A DNA stretch of 64,000 nucleotides from Eubacteriales bacterium (GTDB taxonomy: Bacteria; Bacillota; Clostridia; Oscillospirales; CAG-272). Position numbers and translations under genes: made by a program. Positions 63,282 to 64,000 of the stretch are shown here, piece after piece (within the stretch, counting starts at the first letter, position 1; every line of letters starts with the position of its first letter). The notes beneath the pieces were generated by a model. That model saw nothing but the letters and a program-made list of their open reading frames with translations. It did not search any database and was not told where the DNA came from. The stretch lies in NCBI GenBank assembly GCA_045531965.1, contig JAZSFA010000113.1:29962-93961 (forward strand), read 5' to 3'.

Positions 63282-63528
63282 TCTATAATACCTCCATGGG
63301 AATTTGCTTTCAGCACATTTATTATACACGCTTTTTCTCCTGCTGTCAAGAGGAGTGAGAAAGGAATCTTTGGGTTTTTCGCCAAGAAACGGCACATTTT
63401 TTTCTTTTACACGCGGAAAAATTTTCTTATCTCCATTGACAAAGGCGCAAAAATGTTGTAAAATATAATTATCTATGGATAATGCGATAGAATTTCGTTA
63501 GATATATCATCAAAGGAGTCCTTGTCTC

Positions 63529-64000
63529 ATGAGAAGTATGACCGCCTTTGGGCGCGCCGTAGTCACCACCGAGCAAAAAGAAATCTCGGTAGAGCTACGT
63601 TCCGTCAACAACCGCTATCTGGATTGGAACATCCGTCTCCCCCGTGCGTATATCAGTTTGGAGGAGCGGGTAAAGTCCCATCTCTCTGCCGCAGGCATTA
63701 CCCGTGGCAAGGTAGATGTGACCATCTCCTTGTCAGACACCAAAACCACCGATAAAGCCGGTCTGGAAGCAGACGTGGACGCAGCCCGCCGTTATTTGGA
63801 GGCAGCGCAAGCGCTGGAAACAGCCTTGGGTGTTACGAACGACCTGACCGTTTCGAAACTTCTGACCCTGCCCGGTGTCATGGTTCCCGTCAAAGAAGAA
63901 GCCGCCGATGACGATACCGTTTGGACCGTGATCGCCCCGGTGCTCACCGAAGCCGCCGCCCAGTTTATCGCCGCTCGCGAACGGGAAGGCGAACGGTTGG
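63529..64000 (+). CDS. yicC: YicC-family stress-induced protein (5' part, cut by window end)
   Basis: Not in the ORF track because it runs off the window. ATG 63529 after AAAGGAG. MRSMTAFGRA...ELRSVNNRYLD is the YicC N-terminal signature, and the frame stays open to 64000. Confidence 0.8.
   Translation, partial: MRSMTAFGRAVVTTEQKEISVELRSVNNRYLDWNIRLPRAYISLEERVKSHLSAAGITRGKVDVTISLSDTKTTDKAGLEADVDAARRYLEAAQALETALGVTNDLTVSKLLTLPGVMVPVKEEAADDDTVWTVIAPVLTEAAAQFIAAREREGERL

Overview
This 64-kb chromosomal window looks like a moderately GC-rich Firmicutes/Clostridia genome. That is a guess from TTGACA-N17-TATAAT promoters, GGAGG ribosome-binding sites, a T-box leader, a YtvI-type membrane protein and the rpmG-secE-nusG-rplK-rplA cluster; I could not verify it without a database. 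Coding density is high, and most long ORFs antisense to real genes are GC-driven shadow ORFs.

Main content:
- 3.2-8.6 kb: a glycoside-utilisation operon (GH36 alpha-galactosidase, DMT transporter, ComB-like phosphatase, TIM-barrel isomerase) with a divergent PocR-AraC regulator.
- 8.8-19.7 kb: a complete type I-C CRISPR-Cas locus on the minus strand (cas3, then cas5-cas8c-cas7-cas4-cas1-cas2, a leader, 26 repeats and 25 spacers), with a WYL-domain regulator beyond the trailer.
- 20.2-23.4 kb: a small AT-richer mobile-element remnant directly next to cas3. It holds a large serine recombinase, an unusual array of nine different mini-hairpins, a four-helix-bundle protein and decayed genes.
- 27.7-33.8 kb: an argC-argJ-argB ... 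argD cluster whose intergenic regions carry a repeated palindromic element.
- 34.3-37.8 kb: two tandem paralogous lipoproteins.
- 37.9-39.9 kb: a T-box leader (specifier reads as Tyr) in front of a sodium:solute symporter.
- 42.6-45.2 kb: the ribosomal protein/secE/nusG cluster.
- 46.7-50.2 kb: a 1144-aa surface protein.
- 56.7-61.3 kb: two tandem sigma / leucine-rich-repeat anti-sigma modules.
- Housekeeping genes (queH, birA, trmK, nif3, yicC).

No tRNA or rRNA genes were seen. The most unusual signal is the hairpin array at 21932-22128. All family calls come from motif recognition by eye.
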